From assembly GCF_009914755.1 (NCBI RefSeq), contig NC_060926.1: a stretch of 64,000 nt of DNA. One strand, 5' to 3'. Both the position numbers and the translations under genes were made by a program. Shown piece by piece: positions 1 through 13,176 of this stretch; the first letter of the stretch is position 1; every line of letters begins with the position of its first letter. This DNA is from the human T2T-CHM13v2.0 reference genome, Homo sapiens. The notes beneath the pieces were generated by a model. It did no database searches. It was not told where the DNA came from and saw nothing but the letters and a program-made list of their open reading frames with translations.

Positions 1-382
1 TGGAGAGTGAGTAAGGCAGAGTAGAATTTTATTGAGCAACAGAAAGAAAGCTCTCAGAAGCAAGAGGGGACCCAAAAGCTTGTTGCCATCTGTGAAGCTG
101 AGTCGGGTTTTTATGGGCTTAGAATGGGGGAATGAATGCTGATTGGTCCATGGGTGGGCTCGAAAAAGGCATCATTTGATGGGTTAAAAGGCATCATTCA
201 GAAGAAATCAACTGAGAGAGAGTAGATAAGATGGGGATGGCAGTTTTCACTCTGGTCCTAGACTCTATCTGGAACTGGAAGCTCAGTTTTCAGGCTTTAG
301 GCTATCCTTGGCTTGAAGGTCAAGTTTCACCAGGGACCCATCCCTGTCCACCTATGAATTTGTCTGTCTCCTGTATCTATCA
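1..382 (-). mobile_element. ERV1-class LTR (MER52/LTR27/LTR28-like), running off the window start
   Basis: Motifs 'tttattgagcaacagaaagaaagctctcag', 'gctgattggtccatggg' and 'cttgaaggtcaagtttcaccagggacc'; ends ...ctatca (TGATAG LTR start on the minus strand). Confidence 0.65.
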
Positions 383-953
383 ATGGGGCACTGCCTAATA
401 AAGCTGTGAGAAGAGGGCCACCATCCTCCAGACCTCAGAATGGTAGATCCACTGACAGCTTGCACCATGCACCTGAAAAAGCCACAGACACTTAACACCA
501 AGCTATGGAAGCAGCTGGGAGGGGAGTTATACCCTGCAAAGCCAGAGGAATGGAGCTGCCCAAGGCCATGGGAGCCCATCTCATGCATCAGCATGACCTG
601 GATGTGAGACATGGAGACAAAGGAGATGATTTTGGAACTTTAAGGTTTAATGACTGCCCTGTTGGAGATCAGACTTGCATGGGGCCTGTAGCCCCTTTGT
701 TTTCACGATTTCTCCCATTTGGAATGGGAGCATTTATTCAATGTCTGTACTCCCATTGTACCTAGGAAATAACTAACTTGCTTTTGATTTTACAGGATCA
801 TAGGTGGAAGGGACTTGCCTTGTCTCAGATGAGACTTTGGACTTGGACTCTTGAGTTAATGCTGAAATGAATTAAGACTTTGGGGGACTGTGGGAAGGTA
901 TCATTGGTTTTGAAATATAAGAACATGAGATTTGGGAGGGGCCAGGGGCAGAA
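383..953 (+). mobile_element. MaLR internal region (THE1/MST-int), 3' part
   Basis: 'gctgtgagaagagggccaccatcctccagacc...' aligns by eye with the THE1-int at 47500-48057; ends in the purine tract 'ggggccaggggcagaa' before the LTR. Confidence 0.9.
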
Positions 954-1328
954 TGATATGGTTAGTTTCTGTGGCCCCACCAAAATCTCATCTTGAATTG
1001 TAATCCCCATAATTCCCACATTTTGAGGGTAAAAGAGGTGGAGATAATTGACTCATAGGAGTGGTTTCCCCCATGCTGTGCTTGTGATAGTGAGTGGGTC
1101 TCACAAGATCTGATGGTTTTAGAAGTGTCTGGCATTTCCCCTTCTTGCACTCACTCTGTCCTGCTGCCCTGTGAAGAAGGTGCCTATTTCTCCTTTTCTG
1201 TCTGCCATGATAGTAAGTTTTCTGAGGTCTCCCCAGCGATCTGGAGCTGAGTCAATTAAAGCTCTTTTCTTTATAAATTGCCCAGTCTTGGGTATTTCTT
1301 CATAGCAGTGTGAGAATGGACTAATACA
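954..1328 (+). mobile_element. MaLR 3' LTR (THE1D/MST-like)
   Basis: TGATATGG...CTAATACA termini, 375 bp, ATTAAA signal, similar to the other THE1 LTRs in the window. Confidence 0.9.
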
Positions 1329-2149
1329 GGGTTGTATATCAGAAGTCATATAAAGATAGAAGAATATTAAACAGGTACATTTAAATTTTGTCATGAGGTT
1401 ATGACAAGTTACTCTGACTTCACTAAGCAAACCACCTGAGCTGTTTAGATATCTTAAGTCTAGCTAGCAAAATAAAACACTGTCTATATCAATGTAGCAG
1501 TATATGTGAAAGGGATTTGTAAATTCTGTAATGTCATAAATAGGAGTACTATTTTTGTACTAATAGAAAATTTTTAAGTGTGGCTTGTTCTTGTGGCCTG
1601 TTAACATGAATGTGATGGTAGCTACTATTACAAAATTACCACCTCTTCTCTACTCTCGAGGATGGTGATTCACTAGCAACAGTTTCTCTTTAGGAACTTT
1701 GATATCAGGGAATGCCTTTCATAGTTCCGTATCCCAGGCATTTAGCCTGCTATTTGCACATTAATACATTAATACATTAATTCATTTTTTTGAATGAATT
1801 AATAAAAACTATGTGACTGTTCTGGAAGATTCTGCCATATTCCTACTCTGTGAGTGGTGGGAGGGGGAAGCTAAAATCAAGGAGGCTTCACTTAATTATT
1901 CTTATCCATTCATCTTCTGAATACTCTTAAGAATCTTCAATTTAACCAATAGTCTTAAATAATCTTACTAAGGGTTTTTAATACATTTAATGAGTTATAA
2001 ATCAAGGATAAGGATAGAAAATTGGCAGTCCATAGATGCATTTTGTTTGGTCCTCCCAATGTTGACATTTCTCAGGGTTAAATAATTATAATAAAAATTT
2101 ACTGTCAGCATTAAAAATTTATTCTAGTTCACCTAAACATGTATTCTTT

Positions 2150-2636
2150 TCTCTTTTTCTTCTCCAGGCACACTGGCTTCCTTTTTTTTTTTTTTTTTTT
2201 TTTGTAAAATGCCACATTTACTCTTAAATTCTGGACTTTGAACTGGCTTTTTCCTATGCCAGGAATGTTCTTCTTCTAAATATCATCATGGTCAACTCTA
2301 TCACTGTCTTAGTCTTTAATCGAATGTCACCTTCTCCATGAGGCCTCGCCAGATTGCCGCATGTATAATTTCATACATCATGCCCCAAAAAATTCTCCCC
2401 ATGTACTTCCAGTCTCTCTTACACTGCTTTTTCTTTCTACTGCATTTTTAATCTAACATTTTATGTGATATACTTGTATATGTTTATTATTTATTTTCTG
2501 TCTCCTCAATATATTATAAGCTACATGAGGATTGAGATCTTTTTGTTTGTGTGTGTGTGTGTGTTTACTAGTGTATTTCAGGCAATTGGAATAATGCTTG
2601 ATAAATTAGGACTATCAATAAATATTTGTTGAATGA
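2150..2636 (+). mobile_element. L2 (L2a) 3' end
   Basis: 'aatgtcaccttctccatgaggcct' and terminal 'tcaataaatatttgttgaatga'; internal poly-T and (TG)n expansions. Confidence 0.75.
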
Positions 2637-5149
2637 TTCAACGAAAACCCCAAATATATGGCTCCTTTTGAAAAAAAAGCACTATCTGTTAACATTGGGC
2701 TTACATTCCTACATCCTCCACCATTTGTTGGAACTGAGAGGCAACAGGTGCTTTAGGCAAGACATGCATGCATTCCTCGGTCCTCTACAGCCATCACCAC
2801 CACACTTGTCTTCCCAGTGCTGAGCCTTATCTGCATTGGCATTTATCTTCATATTTATTCTTTTTTTTACAATAAAGAGGAAAACTATGTCTAGTACTCA
2901 TATCTATATCAAAAGGGGGTAACATGGGATAAAGAAAGATCAAGAAAGTTATATGTTTATTGAAACAAGGGGGACAGCATGTTTCCATGTTGAGGTGATC
3001 TACGTGTTAAACATGTAGAATATATCTCTTCATATGTCCACCTAGTTCATTCATTTGAATTATTTTTCTGATGCCTGGCTTTTGAATTTCTGACCTCTGC
3101 TCTAAATAGACATAACTGCAACTTTACTTAAAATTCAAAGATAAGAAGTATGGAAGCATGCATTATCAGAAAGAAGATAAAATTATGGAAGCTTACAATA
3201 AGATCAAGTATCTTGAGTAGCTAATAGTAGAAGTTAGTTATTTTACTGTGGAATTTTATTACATTTTAAGTTGCCAACCCACACAAAGATAATCCTTGTG
3301 GACATCTATAGAGAATTAAATTTTCAGTTAGCTAAGATGCTATAACTTTGGGCATAAACTTGCATTTATAGCTGGGCATGTAAAGCAAACAGATGCCAAT
3401 TGGTTGGGACAGTACTATTAGGCATATCCCCTTAGCCAATAATACAAATAAGTTAGCCTTGCTACAGCAAAGTTTTGCCTTGCCTTTGAGGAATGGAAGC
3501 AGATTAAAGCAGGGAAGAGATGTCAATATCATCCATACTTTCTATCCACAAAACTAATCAGAAAATCTTTGACATTTACTCAGAGTAATACCATACCTGA
3601 AATAGGTGAATCTATGAATTCTTAATTTAGTAAATCTGTTAGAAACAGGTCACCATTTTCAAAAGCTGTTACATTAATTCACTTTGGTGTAAAGCATTGT
3701 CTAGCACTATTTCAGCACCCAGTATTGACAGAAGTGATCACTTGTGTCATCATATGGCACACACTTTTCCGAACCTCCATATGCTTTTGGCTACCTGTCT
3801 TTCTATTTTGTACACTTTCCCTTTGAATATTTTTAGGTTTGCAACACTTTTATGTGATTATCATAGTGTTAAACAGAAGTTATAATTTACTGTCCAGGAT
3901 TATTTTACATATAACATGTAACTGACCCTTTCAGATGTTTTTTATTATTACATAACAAGCTTATCAAAAAGAAAAATTGAATAACTTAGAAATAATATTT
4001 ATTAAATTGTAATTATTAACCTGTTAGCATTAAAGTCAGGATAAGATAGCTGAGCTGTATTGCAATTTCAATTACAAAAATGCGTGCTTATTCTTCATTT
4101 TGGAAGCCCGCCAACTAAAGAATATATTAGGCAGTGAACGCAACATGACAAGCCATTCAATTCAGCAATTTCTAGTTGGTCAGATACATCTTCAGGCAAA
4201 TTTAACCTTTATAAGGCTTATTCTTGGTCTCTGTTTTGTAGAGATTACAGAATTGTTTATTTTAAATAAAAATTATGTTGAGAGAGGTATAATCTAAAAG
4301 TCATTGAAATTTCCACTTCTATCAATTTTAGGTTACATGCTGCTAGGTAAGAGGAATTAATAAAAGTTTAGAAAGTCTTCATTCATTTTCAAAGTAAACT
4401 GCTAGTAGAGAAACTGCCTTACTTTCTAAACCTTAATAGAATACGTTTTTATTGATAAATGTCCAATTCATTGACTTTTGTCATCTTTCAATTAATTGCT
4501 TACATTTTTTGTTTTTAATAAGGTTTTAAAAGTTGTTATAACCATTTATCACAACTGTGAACTGACTTGACTTGAAACCATTAGCAAAATAAACACCTGT
4601 ATTTTAGTAGCTACCCATAAGCAATAACTACATACTATGTAAGTGCCCCCTGACCTCCTGAATCCTGCTTCAATTTTGTTTAGCCTCTGTTTAAGCTCCT
4701 GGGGATTATGGGGGCAACCAGTATGGCTTCCAAAGAAACAGAGGGATAAGTAACCCAGGTGTGTCCTCTTTGTGCCAGTAGTAGGAACTATGCCAGCTGG
4801 CTGCCCTCTGGCACTGTGCATAGTGAACAGAATATTTCTTGCATTCCCCAAAGGGAAATTTTAGTAAAAGGAACACAAATGAATTGGATCATTATTCCCA
4901 TTTCTCAGAAAAGGTCTGTGCAAGAGAAGGGCACAGACTTCATTCTTTGCTTTATGACACAAGTTTATTAAGGTTGCCATTGCAGTGATTTTTGTAAATG
5001 AAGGAAGCATCAGAACATCACTGAAATACATACTATAATTGGGAATTACAGACAGTAATAGGATATCCTGACTTGGTAATGAGAAGAGAAAATGAGACTT
5101 CCCTAAACTTTTTCTCAGTATGTATGATCTTATCTAAAACTTGAAATTT

Positions 5150-5468
5150 TGGTGTCTGCACAAAAACCCAACTCAAATATCTCAGTGGATTAAAACAGCA
5201 AAATATATCTCTCTTGTACTACATTGTGCAAGGGAGCTTCGCTCATCATAATCACTGAGGACCACAGGCTGGATGGGAGTTCCTGCCCCATACTTTCATA
5301 TTATCAAATGAAGGGCACAAAGGGGTGGCCAAACACATGCTGGCACTTCAGGCTTGCCCCCATGTTGCTTTTGCTCACATTTCATTCATCAGGTAAATCA
5401 CATGGCCACACCTAGGTACAAGAGGGCACAGAACTGACATTTGTAAATAACTCTAAAACTACTAAACA
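5150..5468 (-). mobile_element. Old MaLR LTR (MLT1J/K/L-like)
   Basis: 'aaatatctcagtggattaaaaca' and 'gctcacatttcatt...aatcacatggccacacct' motifs. Confidence 0.55.
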
Positions 5469-5969
5469 TCCCGATGCTGAATTTGTCTCAGTTTAAGGAA
5501 ATGTCAGCAGCAAAAATTAGTGCCATGTGCTGGGTTTTGACAGTAGTAAGATTATAAGCATTTTCTTATTTAGTAGGAAGGAGGAGGTTTATAAAATCAA
5601 GTGGTATAATGATTCTTCTAATTTTTTATTTAGAATTTTTATTTTATTTATTTATTTAAAAATGTTCATTTTTATTAACTAATAAACTGAGATTTAGGTT
5701 TAGGTATAATTATGTTCTTCTTAGGTAATTATAAACCATCAGTGGAACATGCAATTTGAAATATCTGATTACTCCCTGACACAGAGTCTGGTAATAGATG
5801 AGAAAAAGGCTTTGTGAATCACGGTTCTGATTAGAGTGTAGAATTATGTATCTAGGAACCAGATTGTTAATAAGGTGGCAAAGCCCATTTATGCTAGAGG
5901 AAAAAGAATATTAAATAGATAAGCCATTAAGTTAATTTGCTTATATTCTTTTAAATATGGTATTTATAG

Positions 5970-6600
5970 ATTACATACATATTTAATTCCATGATTTTCT
6001 GTGTTAAAAGTAATATTAATTCCTTATAGAAAAATTTGAATATGCAGAAATGAATGAATACAAAATATTATAAAGTAAAAAGCATATGAAGTTAGTTGCT
6101 ATTAATATTTGGACACACTTTATTTTAGTTGCACACATATATGTGTAAATATACATATATCATTTATATTAAGTGGACACTTTCCTATGTCCGTATTCTT
6201 CATGAATATTATTATTAATAACTAAATAATGTTTCATCATCTGGATGCATGGCATTCTATGGTTCAATCAAATTAAACACCCTTTATTTGAAATTTAGGT
6301 GTTTCTAGTCCTTCACTATAATAAATAACGATGCATAGAAAACTTTATATGTAGATCTTAGCAAATTGGTCTGAATATTTTCTCAGAGTACGTTTTTAGA
6401 AATGGACTTAATTATGGAAGGTGTTTGGTCATTATTTAACATAATTGATACATATTGCCAAATTTCTTTCTAGAAAGTTTGCATTATTACCAGCAGTGTA
6501 TGAGAGCACCTGTACAAATTTACATGGTATATATATTGAACCTGTTATATTAATGCTTACAGATAGGCTTTATAAATCTTTTAACTGTTTGCTAAATTTC
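5970..6600 (-). mobile_element. Ancient L1ME-type 3' fragment
   Basis: 'tgatacatattgccaaatttctttctagaaag...ccagcagtgtatgagag' is a typical antisense L1M sequence. Confidence 0.6.
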
Positions 6601-6619
6601 GAAAGATGGGTTGTTGAGC

Positions 6620-6808
6620 AGATGGATTCTCAAACTTAAGCAAGCCTCAGAATCACCTAGAAAGCTCACTGAAAACAGATTGTTGGGCCCCATTCACAGA
6701 GACTCTGATTTAGTAAGTTTGGGAAGGGGTTTGAGAATTTGCTTTGCAAGTAAGTCCCCAGATAATGTTGATGCCCTTGTCAGAGGCTTGCTTTTGGGAG
6801 AACTGTTG
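6620..6808. mobile_element. MER5A hAT-Charlie MITE
   Basis: 'ttctcaaactt...cagaatcacctagaaagctc...gggcccc...tctgatttagtaagtttggg...gagaatttgc'. Confidence 0.8.
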
Positions 6809-8019
6809 AAATTGACTAACGGGAGTTTGTTTTAAAGTAATAGTCATTATTCTTCAACATAGTAAAAATAGGCACTTACTTAACTTTAGAAGCTAAATAT
6901 TTTCTAAGCATATCAATTTTTGTGGGTTAGCCTTTAATTGTATTCTAAAAGTGTTTCTTAAAATAATTCCTTCTATGCAAAATACTGTGCATACTAAGAA
7001 AACATAAATCTAACCATTTCCTATGTTTTTAAATCAAGCAGATCTTTTATCTCTGTTCGTTAGTTTATGACACAAATAAGAAGTTTAGTCAAGAAATATA
7101 ATGTTAAAATAATGATGCTGTGAAGTTTCTAAGTGAATGTTTATGGTTGTACATCTTTTTTTTCATTTTATGGCTTCAGCCTTATCTTATATGAGTCAAA
7201 GTTAAAAAAGTTTCAGGGATAAATTTAAAATACAATAAAACTATTTTGTTTTATATAAACATCTAGAATAGAAACTTTAAAGACTAATTAGATACTTGAG
7301 GAGTACTAAATTAAAAATATTTAAGTACATTTGGGAAACATCATTTTGCAAATATCATCCTTCTCCCTACAGTCTAAAGCCCAAGAAATGAAGACAAACA
7401 TAAAGGTCAAGTAATTGAATAGATATATGAGTAAGAAAGACTTTTCCTGACCCATTCGTATTTTCATACTTAGATTGTGAATGTCAATTAGCTCAATCAA
7501 GCCTTGCTGATAATGTCAGCTGTCAGTCACTCCTAGGTAGTGATGTGTGAAGTTTGTCAGCGGGTAATGGGCCATTTGAGTGATGAATGAAATAATGAGG
7601 GCACAGAAGCCTAAGCAAAACGTCTCCATTTTTGGTAAATTCCTCTCCACATGGGAAATTAAGACAAGGAAAGAAAAGCCATATAAAATCTCTTTTAATA
7701 CGGTGTTTATTTTAAAAATATATATCTTAAAATATCTTTTAACTTTTTATTTTTAAAAATTAATTTAAATGGTCAGTGATTAATTATCATTTCCCAATAG
7801 TATTGATCAGTGTAAGCAACATTAGGTACTGCAAGAGATAAGCTTGCTCCCAGATTCACGTTGATATTTTGACTTGAATTGAATATTTAAATCGAACTTC
7901 TTCAGAAGTTTATCAGCAGACTTTCTGAGTCCATGGACTATCTATACTAATAAGACCTTGCTTTATATCTCTGAATAAAGTGTAGTTTCTTTCTTTAGGC
8001 TTAACACATTTCTTGTTAG

Positions 8020-8403
<384 letters not shown>

Positions 8404-8669
8404 TAATTCATTGCATACTAGCGAAACTTACTAATTTTATAATTTGTCAGATGTAATCAGCCATCATAATATGGTCCCTTTAGTTTCTTTTTCCTTTTGG
8501 CTTATCTATCTAAACATCTATCAGTGTAATCATATCTGTAATTAATGATCATTTTATCTCCTCTTTTCCAATAGTTTTATTGCTTCTTTATTTGCTTATT
8601 ATCTTTTGCATATTTCTACTCTAGCTTTTTCCAGTGATGCATTTTTTTTTTTCATTTATGCTGTGTCCT

Positions 8670-8790
8670 TCACAGGACTGTGAATCCTTGGAGTGGAAGC
8701 AATGTATTCTACTTATATTTGTGACCTAGTAATTAACATAGTGCCTGAAATAGAGTAGATACTCAAATGTTGACAGAATGCCTGATTGAA
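8670..8790 (+). mobile_element. L2 3'-end fragment
   Basis: 'acatagtgcctgaaatagagtagatactcaaatgttg' L2 tail motif. Confidence 0.55.
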
Positions 8791-9044
8791 TAATTTTTCA
8801 CTTCCACTTAAAAATTGTTTGGGGCAATTCCTGTGAATGTTAGTTCAATGAACAGCAAATAACAAGATAGGGAAGCAGACCTCTGTTGAGTGGCACAGAT
8901 CTAGGGTCTGGGGGAAACCTGGGTACTCAAGGGACTCATGGGGAAAGAGGCCTAATAGATAGCTTGGCTTCCCGTGGGATGCCTAACTGATGTATTACTC
9001 AAGTTAAGAAAGAGGTACCCATTGGGTCTTTGAAATTGAAAATA

Positions 9045-9664
9045 TTTTATTATTTTTAATTGTTTTCAGGGTACATGTGAAAACTCATATAATTTGTAAA
9101 GTTCACATCAGTATAATTGAGGTACCCATCACCTTAAATGTTTGTCTTTATGTTATAAATGTTTGAATTATTCTCTTCTAGCTATTTTGAAATGTACAAT
9201 AGATTATTGTAAACTAGAGTCACCCTACTGATCTACAGAACACTAGGTCTTATTTCTTCTATGAAACTATGTATTTGTACCCATTATTCAACCTCTCCAT
9301 CCTTCCTTCTCCACTGATCTTTTCAGCCTTCAGTAACCACCAATCAATTCTCTGTCTTCTTAGATCCACTTTTTTAGCTTCCACATATGAGTGAGAACAT
9401 GCAGTATTTTTATTTCTGTGCTTGGCGTATTTCACTTAATATAATGAAGAGATGGCTGCATTCTCATGTTTATTGCAGCACTATTCATAATAGCTGAAAT
9501 ATGGAATCAACCTAAGTGCCCATGAAGGGGTGAGTGAAAAAAGAAAATGTGGTATATATACAATGGAATATTATTCGGCCATAAAAAAGAATGAAATCCT
9601 GTCATTTGCAGCAACATGGATGGAACTGAAAGTTATTATGTTAAGTGAAACAGGCCAAGCACAG
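9045..9664 (-). mobile_element. L1MA 3' end with inverted 5' segment
   Basis: 9045-9447 is antisense L1MA 3'UTR; 9448-9664 is the adjacent L1 segment in sense orientation ('atgtttattgcagcactattc...gcagcaacatggatggaactg'). Confidence 0.85.
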
Positions 9665-9979
9665 GTTTTCCATTTTTTAAAATGTAAGACTATATTTAAT
9701 TCCAACTGGCCCATAAAGCAATAACTTCTTTTATTATTGGTACTGAGACATATATAGATAGCCAGCTATTAACTGGTTATGAAACTGGGATTCAGTAAGA
9801 TTATGTCAAAATCAAGTCTGCTTCAATCAATATCCCAGGAGAATATTAAACTTATAATTTGATTAATATAGAATTATTTCATAATAAATAAGTGGAGTAT
9901 GAAACAATTCATGATGAATTTGCTATCCAGCTGAAATTAACATGCCACTAGTTGCAGAAATAATAAAAATAGCAATATA

Positions 9980-10185
9980 AATAGATAATGTTTATTAAGA
10001 ATTTAATGAACATGTTAGGTGACTAACGTGATGAATGCTTTGCAGAGATTATCTCATCTTCATGCAGCGTTTAAGACAGGTATGATTGGGGTTGCATTTT
10101 ACAGAGAGAAATATATATATATATTTTGAAAGCTTGTTAAATAGCTTGCCTAAGTTCACACTTATATGTGGTGGAGCTGAGTTGC
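9980..10185 (-). mobile_element. MIR
   Basis: 'cattttacagagagaaa...cttgcctaagttcacac...gtggagctgag' MIR core. Confidence 0.65.
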
Positions 10186-10199
10186 TAAGGAAAGCCATT

Positions 10200-10372
10200 A
10201 TTTTAACCCTGACTTTTATTTCACATAGAAAGCTTTAAAATAAACATGAGTGCCAGAGCCTTACTCTCAAATTATTATTTAATTTATTTGGGGTGTGACT
10301 CAGTGATACTGGTATTTTTTTAAAAAGCTGCCTAGTGAGTTCAATGTGCACTTTGAGTTAAGACCAGTGAAC
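10200..10372. mobile_element. MER5-family MITE
   Basis: 'ggtattttttaaaaagctgcctagtgagttcaatgtgca...gttaagaccagtg'. Confidence 0.55.
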
Positions 10373-10959
10373 TATTAAAGCACACTGCTGAGAGCTTAGC
10401 TTTGCCTTCCAATTGTATCTTGTCAATACAAAAAAAGGTTATGTTTTTTTTGCTTGGAAGAATAATTTTAAGATTTATTTTACCTCTTCTATCCTGCACA
10501 CATTGTCCTTATTTATGTATCTCACATTTACCTCACTGATCCTGCCTACCCATGTATTGGCCATTGTCTCCTGAAATATTTCAGCACATAGGCTGGGTGA
10601 TATAAGAAATCTAATGTTTACCTCTGCAAGTGAATCTATGCTTAGATTGGATTGTTTTTACTAGGGTTTTGCCGCTCTCGATGTAAATCTTTTTTTAAAT
10701 AGTTGTTCAGTTATCATTATATTTTACTATTTTATTAGCTCTACTAAGTAGGCAGCAGGACCTAGTTGATTAGGTCGTATTAAATACCTCTTTCTATGAT
10801 TATTGGTTTAACAATGCTTATAAAAATTGCTGTGTTTATGGTTTCAGATATTTTCATGAAGTTCAAACAACTATATAAGACTGGATTTGGATCCATCTTG
10901 CTATATTTTCTAACATAGTAATTTACCCTTCCCCTATTTCCAACCCAAGCATCATCATT

Positions 10960-11870
10960 AAAATAAAATACCAGCAAAACAATAGAAAAATAGGCAATCA
11001 GCATAAATATGCAATTCAGAAAAAATGAAGTAAAGCAAATAAATAACAAATATAAAAATGTTTAACTTAATTATATATGAATTGGCAATAATTTTTTCCA
11101 TAGGCTTTTTATTTTACAGATATAAAATAGTATATATGTTCATTATTTATATTGACCTAGGTGTTACTTCTTTTAGAATGTAAGCTCCATAAGGGAGAGA
11201 ATTTTGTCTATTTTGTTTAGTGAGATATTAAAAGAACTGAAACTGGTGCCTGTCATAAAATTGACACTCAATAATAAATATTATTCAAAGGAAATAACTA
11301 TTGAAAGAATGGATTTTTTTAAGTGCATGTGTGTATGCACGTGTGTGTATACGCCATTAACAAAGATATGGTAAATTGCACACAGTACTACATGACTGGC
11401 AGCAGTATAATTGGTACAGCTTTTCTAAAAAGCAGTCTGTGAAAAGGTATCATGTTTTTCTCAAATATTTATTCTATTTGAATTATTTACACTTCTAGTA
11501 CTATGCTTTAAGGAAATACTTAGTGAAGTGCAGATTTATAGACCAAAAACTCTGTTCATAACATTGATAACCATAAGAGAGACAAAAATCACTGAATAAG
11601 TAAAATGTGGCATTCATCATTCCTTCAAAACAGACTAAATGATGTGAAAATGCAGCAATGATAAATGAAAAACGAGAGAAGACAATAGAGCGTGCTTCCA
11701 ATTTTGTAAAAATTGAGAGAGAAAGATGGAAAAAAATTAAGTAATTAAACCACAGTGTTAATAGTATTTATATCTGGGTGGTGAGACTAAGCGAGCTTTT
11801 AAGTTTTTGCAGAATTATGAAATGCAGAAAATTTCTATACGAATATGTACTACTTTGTTAATTAGAAATA
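10960..11870 (+). mobile_element. Ancient L1ME fragments with an L2 tail (about 11170-11290)
   Basis: 'gcagtataattggtacagcttttcta' L1M motif; 'tagaatgtaagctccataaggg...ctcaataataaata' L2 tail. Confidence 0.5.
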
Positions 11871-11880
11871 TATTATTTCA

Positions 11881-12183
11881 CGCCAGAGGCGGTGCTCACG
11901 TCTGTAATCCCACCACTTTGGGAGGCCAAGGCGGGAGGATCACCTGAGGTAGGGAGTTTGAGACCAGCCTGGCCAATATGGTGAAAACCGTCTACTAAAA
12001 ATACAAAAAATTACCCGGGCGTGGTGGCACGCGCCTGTAGTCCCAGCTACGCAGGAGGCTGAGGCACGGGAATCGCCTGAATCCGGAAGGCGGAGGTTGC
12101 AGTGAGCCAAGATCCCGCCACTGCAATCCATCCTGGGCAACAAAGCGAGACTCCATCTCAAAAACGAAAAAAAAAAAAAAAAA
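11881..12183 (+). mobile_element. AluS
   Basis: Full dimer with 'gatcacctgagg' and 'ggaggttgcagtgagcc'; A tail. Confidence 0.95.
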
Positions 12184-13048
12184 GATTTTTCATGCCTAAA
12201 ATAATGTTTGAGATAAATAATTTTTGAATAAGTAAATGGGTGCAAAAATTCATGATATGAGCCTTCTCTCAGAGCAATTTTAAAGAATTAGCTGTAAGGG
12301 GATTCATAACTTCTTTTTTTGAGTACAGTTAAGCAATTACTCTATCCTTCATTATGTGTTGAGTGCTTATTTGTAGCATGTCTTTTTTCCACTGAGGAAG
12401 GACTACTTTCTCATGGACTGAAAATGCTCTTTGATCTGTAGCTATGGTTTGCTTGGTGGAGAGGGCGGTGACCAAGAAATGACAGATGTGGATTCTAATA
12501 TGTGTGATTTGACAGGATTAATAGAAATGGTTTACTTTCAGTAAGTGTTTTTAAATTAGTACTGTGTCCTTAGATTTAAAAAAAAAATCATAATCAATCA
12601 ATTAGCAAATGTTAACTTTGTTACCCAATGAAAGTGTTTTTAGTCGGCCATTTATAGGGGACAAAAGGGGCATAAGAATTGTAGACTTTCGACTGCTGAC
12701 ACTACGGTTGGGCCTGGAAAGCTTATTTAAAAAAAGACAATTAACCAATAATATATGACAATGCTATATTGTGCTTCATTGGAATTCAAATAGGGAGTAT
12801 TTTCAAGTAATTTTTAACATGTAACATGAGGCTTAGAATTGAAATTGGTTATATAAATTGATATTTGCCTTATTTAAAATTTTATCTTTTTAAATATTTT
12901 CTCAAAACTAAAATTGGAAATGAAGGACTTCATGTAAATTCTGGGCAAATATAATGTTTATGTTGTAATTTAATATTAAATCAGAGTATCAACCTGTGCA
13001 GTGATTTTGATATTTAACACAGAGCTCTTGTTTAATTTTTTTCTCTAG

Positions 13049-13176
13049 GATTCAGAATTTCCCATAGATATGCAACCAAATCCAAACCTGAATGTTTCTA
13101 AAGAAAGTCTTTCTCCAGCAAAATTTGACTACAAGCTGAAAAACATTTTTAGACTCCATGAACTTCCAGTGAGCTG
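13049..13176 (+). CDS. SPAG16: Internal coding exon of sperm-associated antigen 16 (PF20, WD40 axonemal central-apparatus protein), about residues 315-357
   Basis: Polypyrimidine tract plus AG (13047-48), open frame DSEFPIDMQPNPNLNVSKESLSPAKFDYKLKNIFRLHELPVS+TG, then donor GTAGGA (13177). 128 nt, phase 0 in and phase 2 out. Peptide recognised from memory as the SPAG16 segment leading into the first WD40 repeat. Confidence 0.93.

Noticed and set aside
352-765. Similar ORFs at 352-765 and 47389-47930 suggesting a duplicated gene pair
   Set aside because: Both lie in MaLR internal sequence; the similarity reflects shared repeat family.
3440-3480. RFX-like motif (ccttgctacagcaaag), attractive for a cilia gene
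   Set aside because: Both half-sites deviate from the X-box consensus, and a single weak match in 64 kb is expected by chance.
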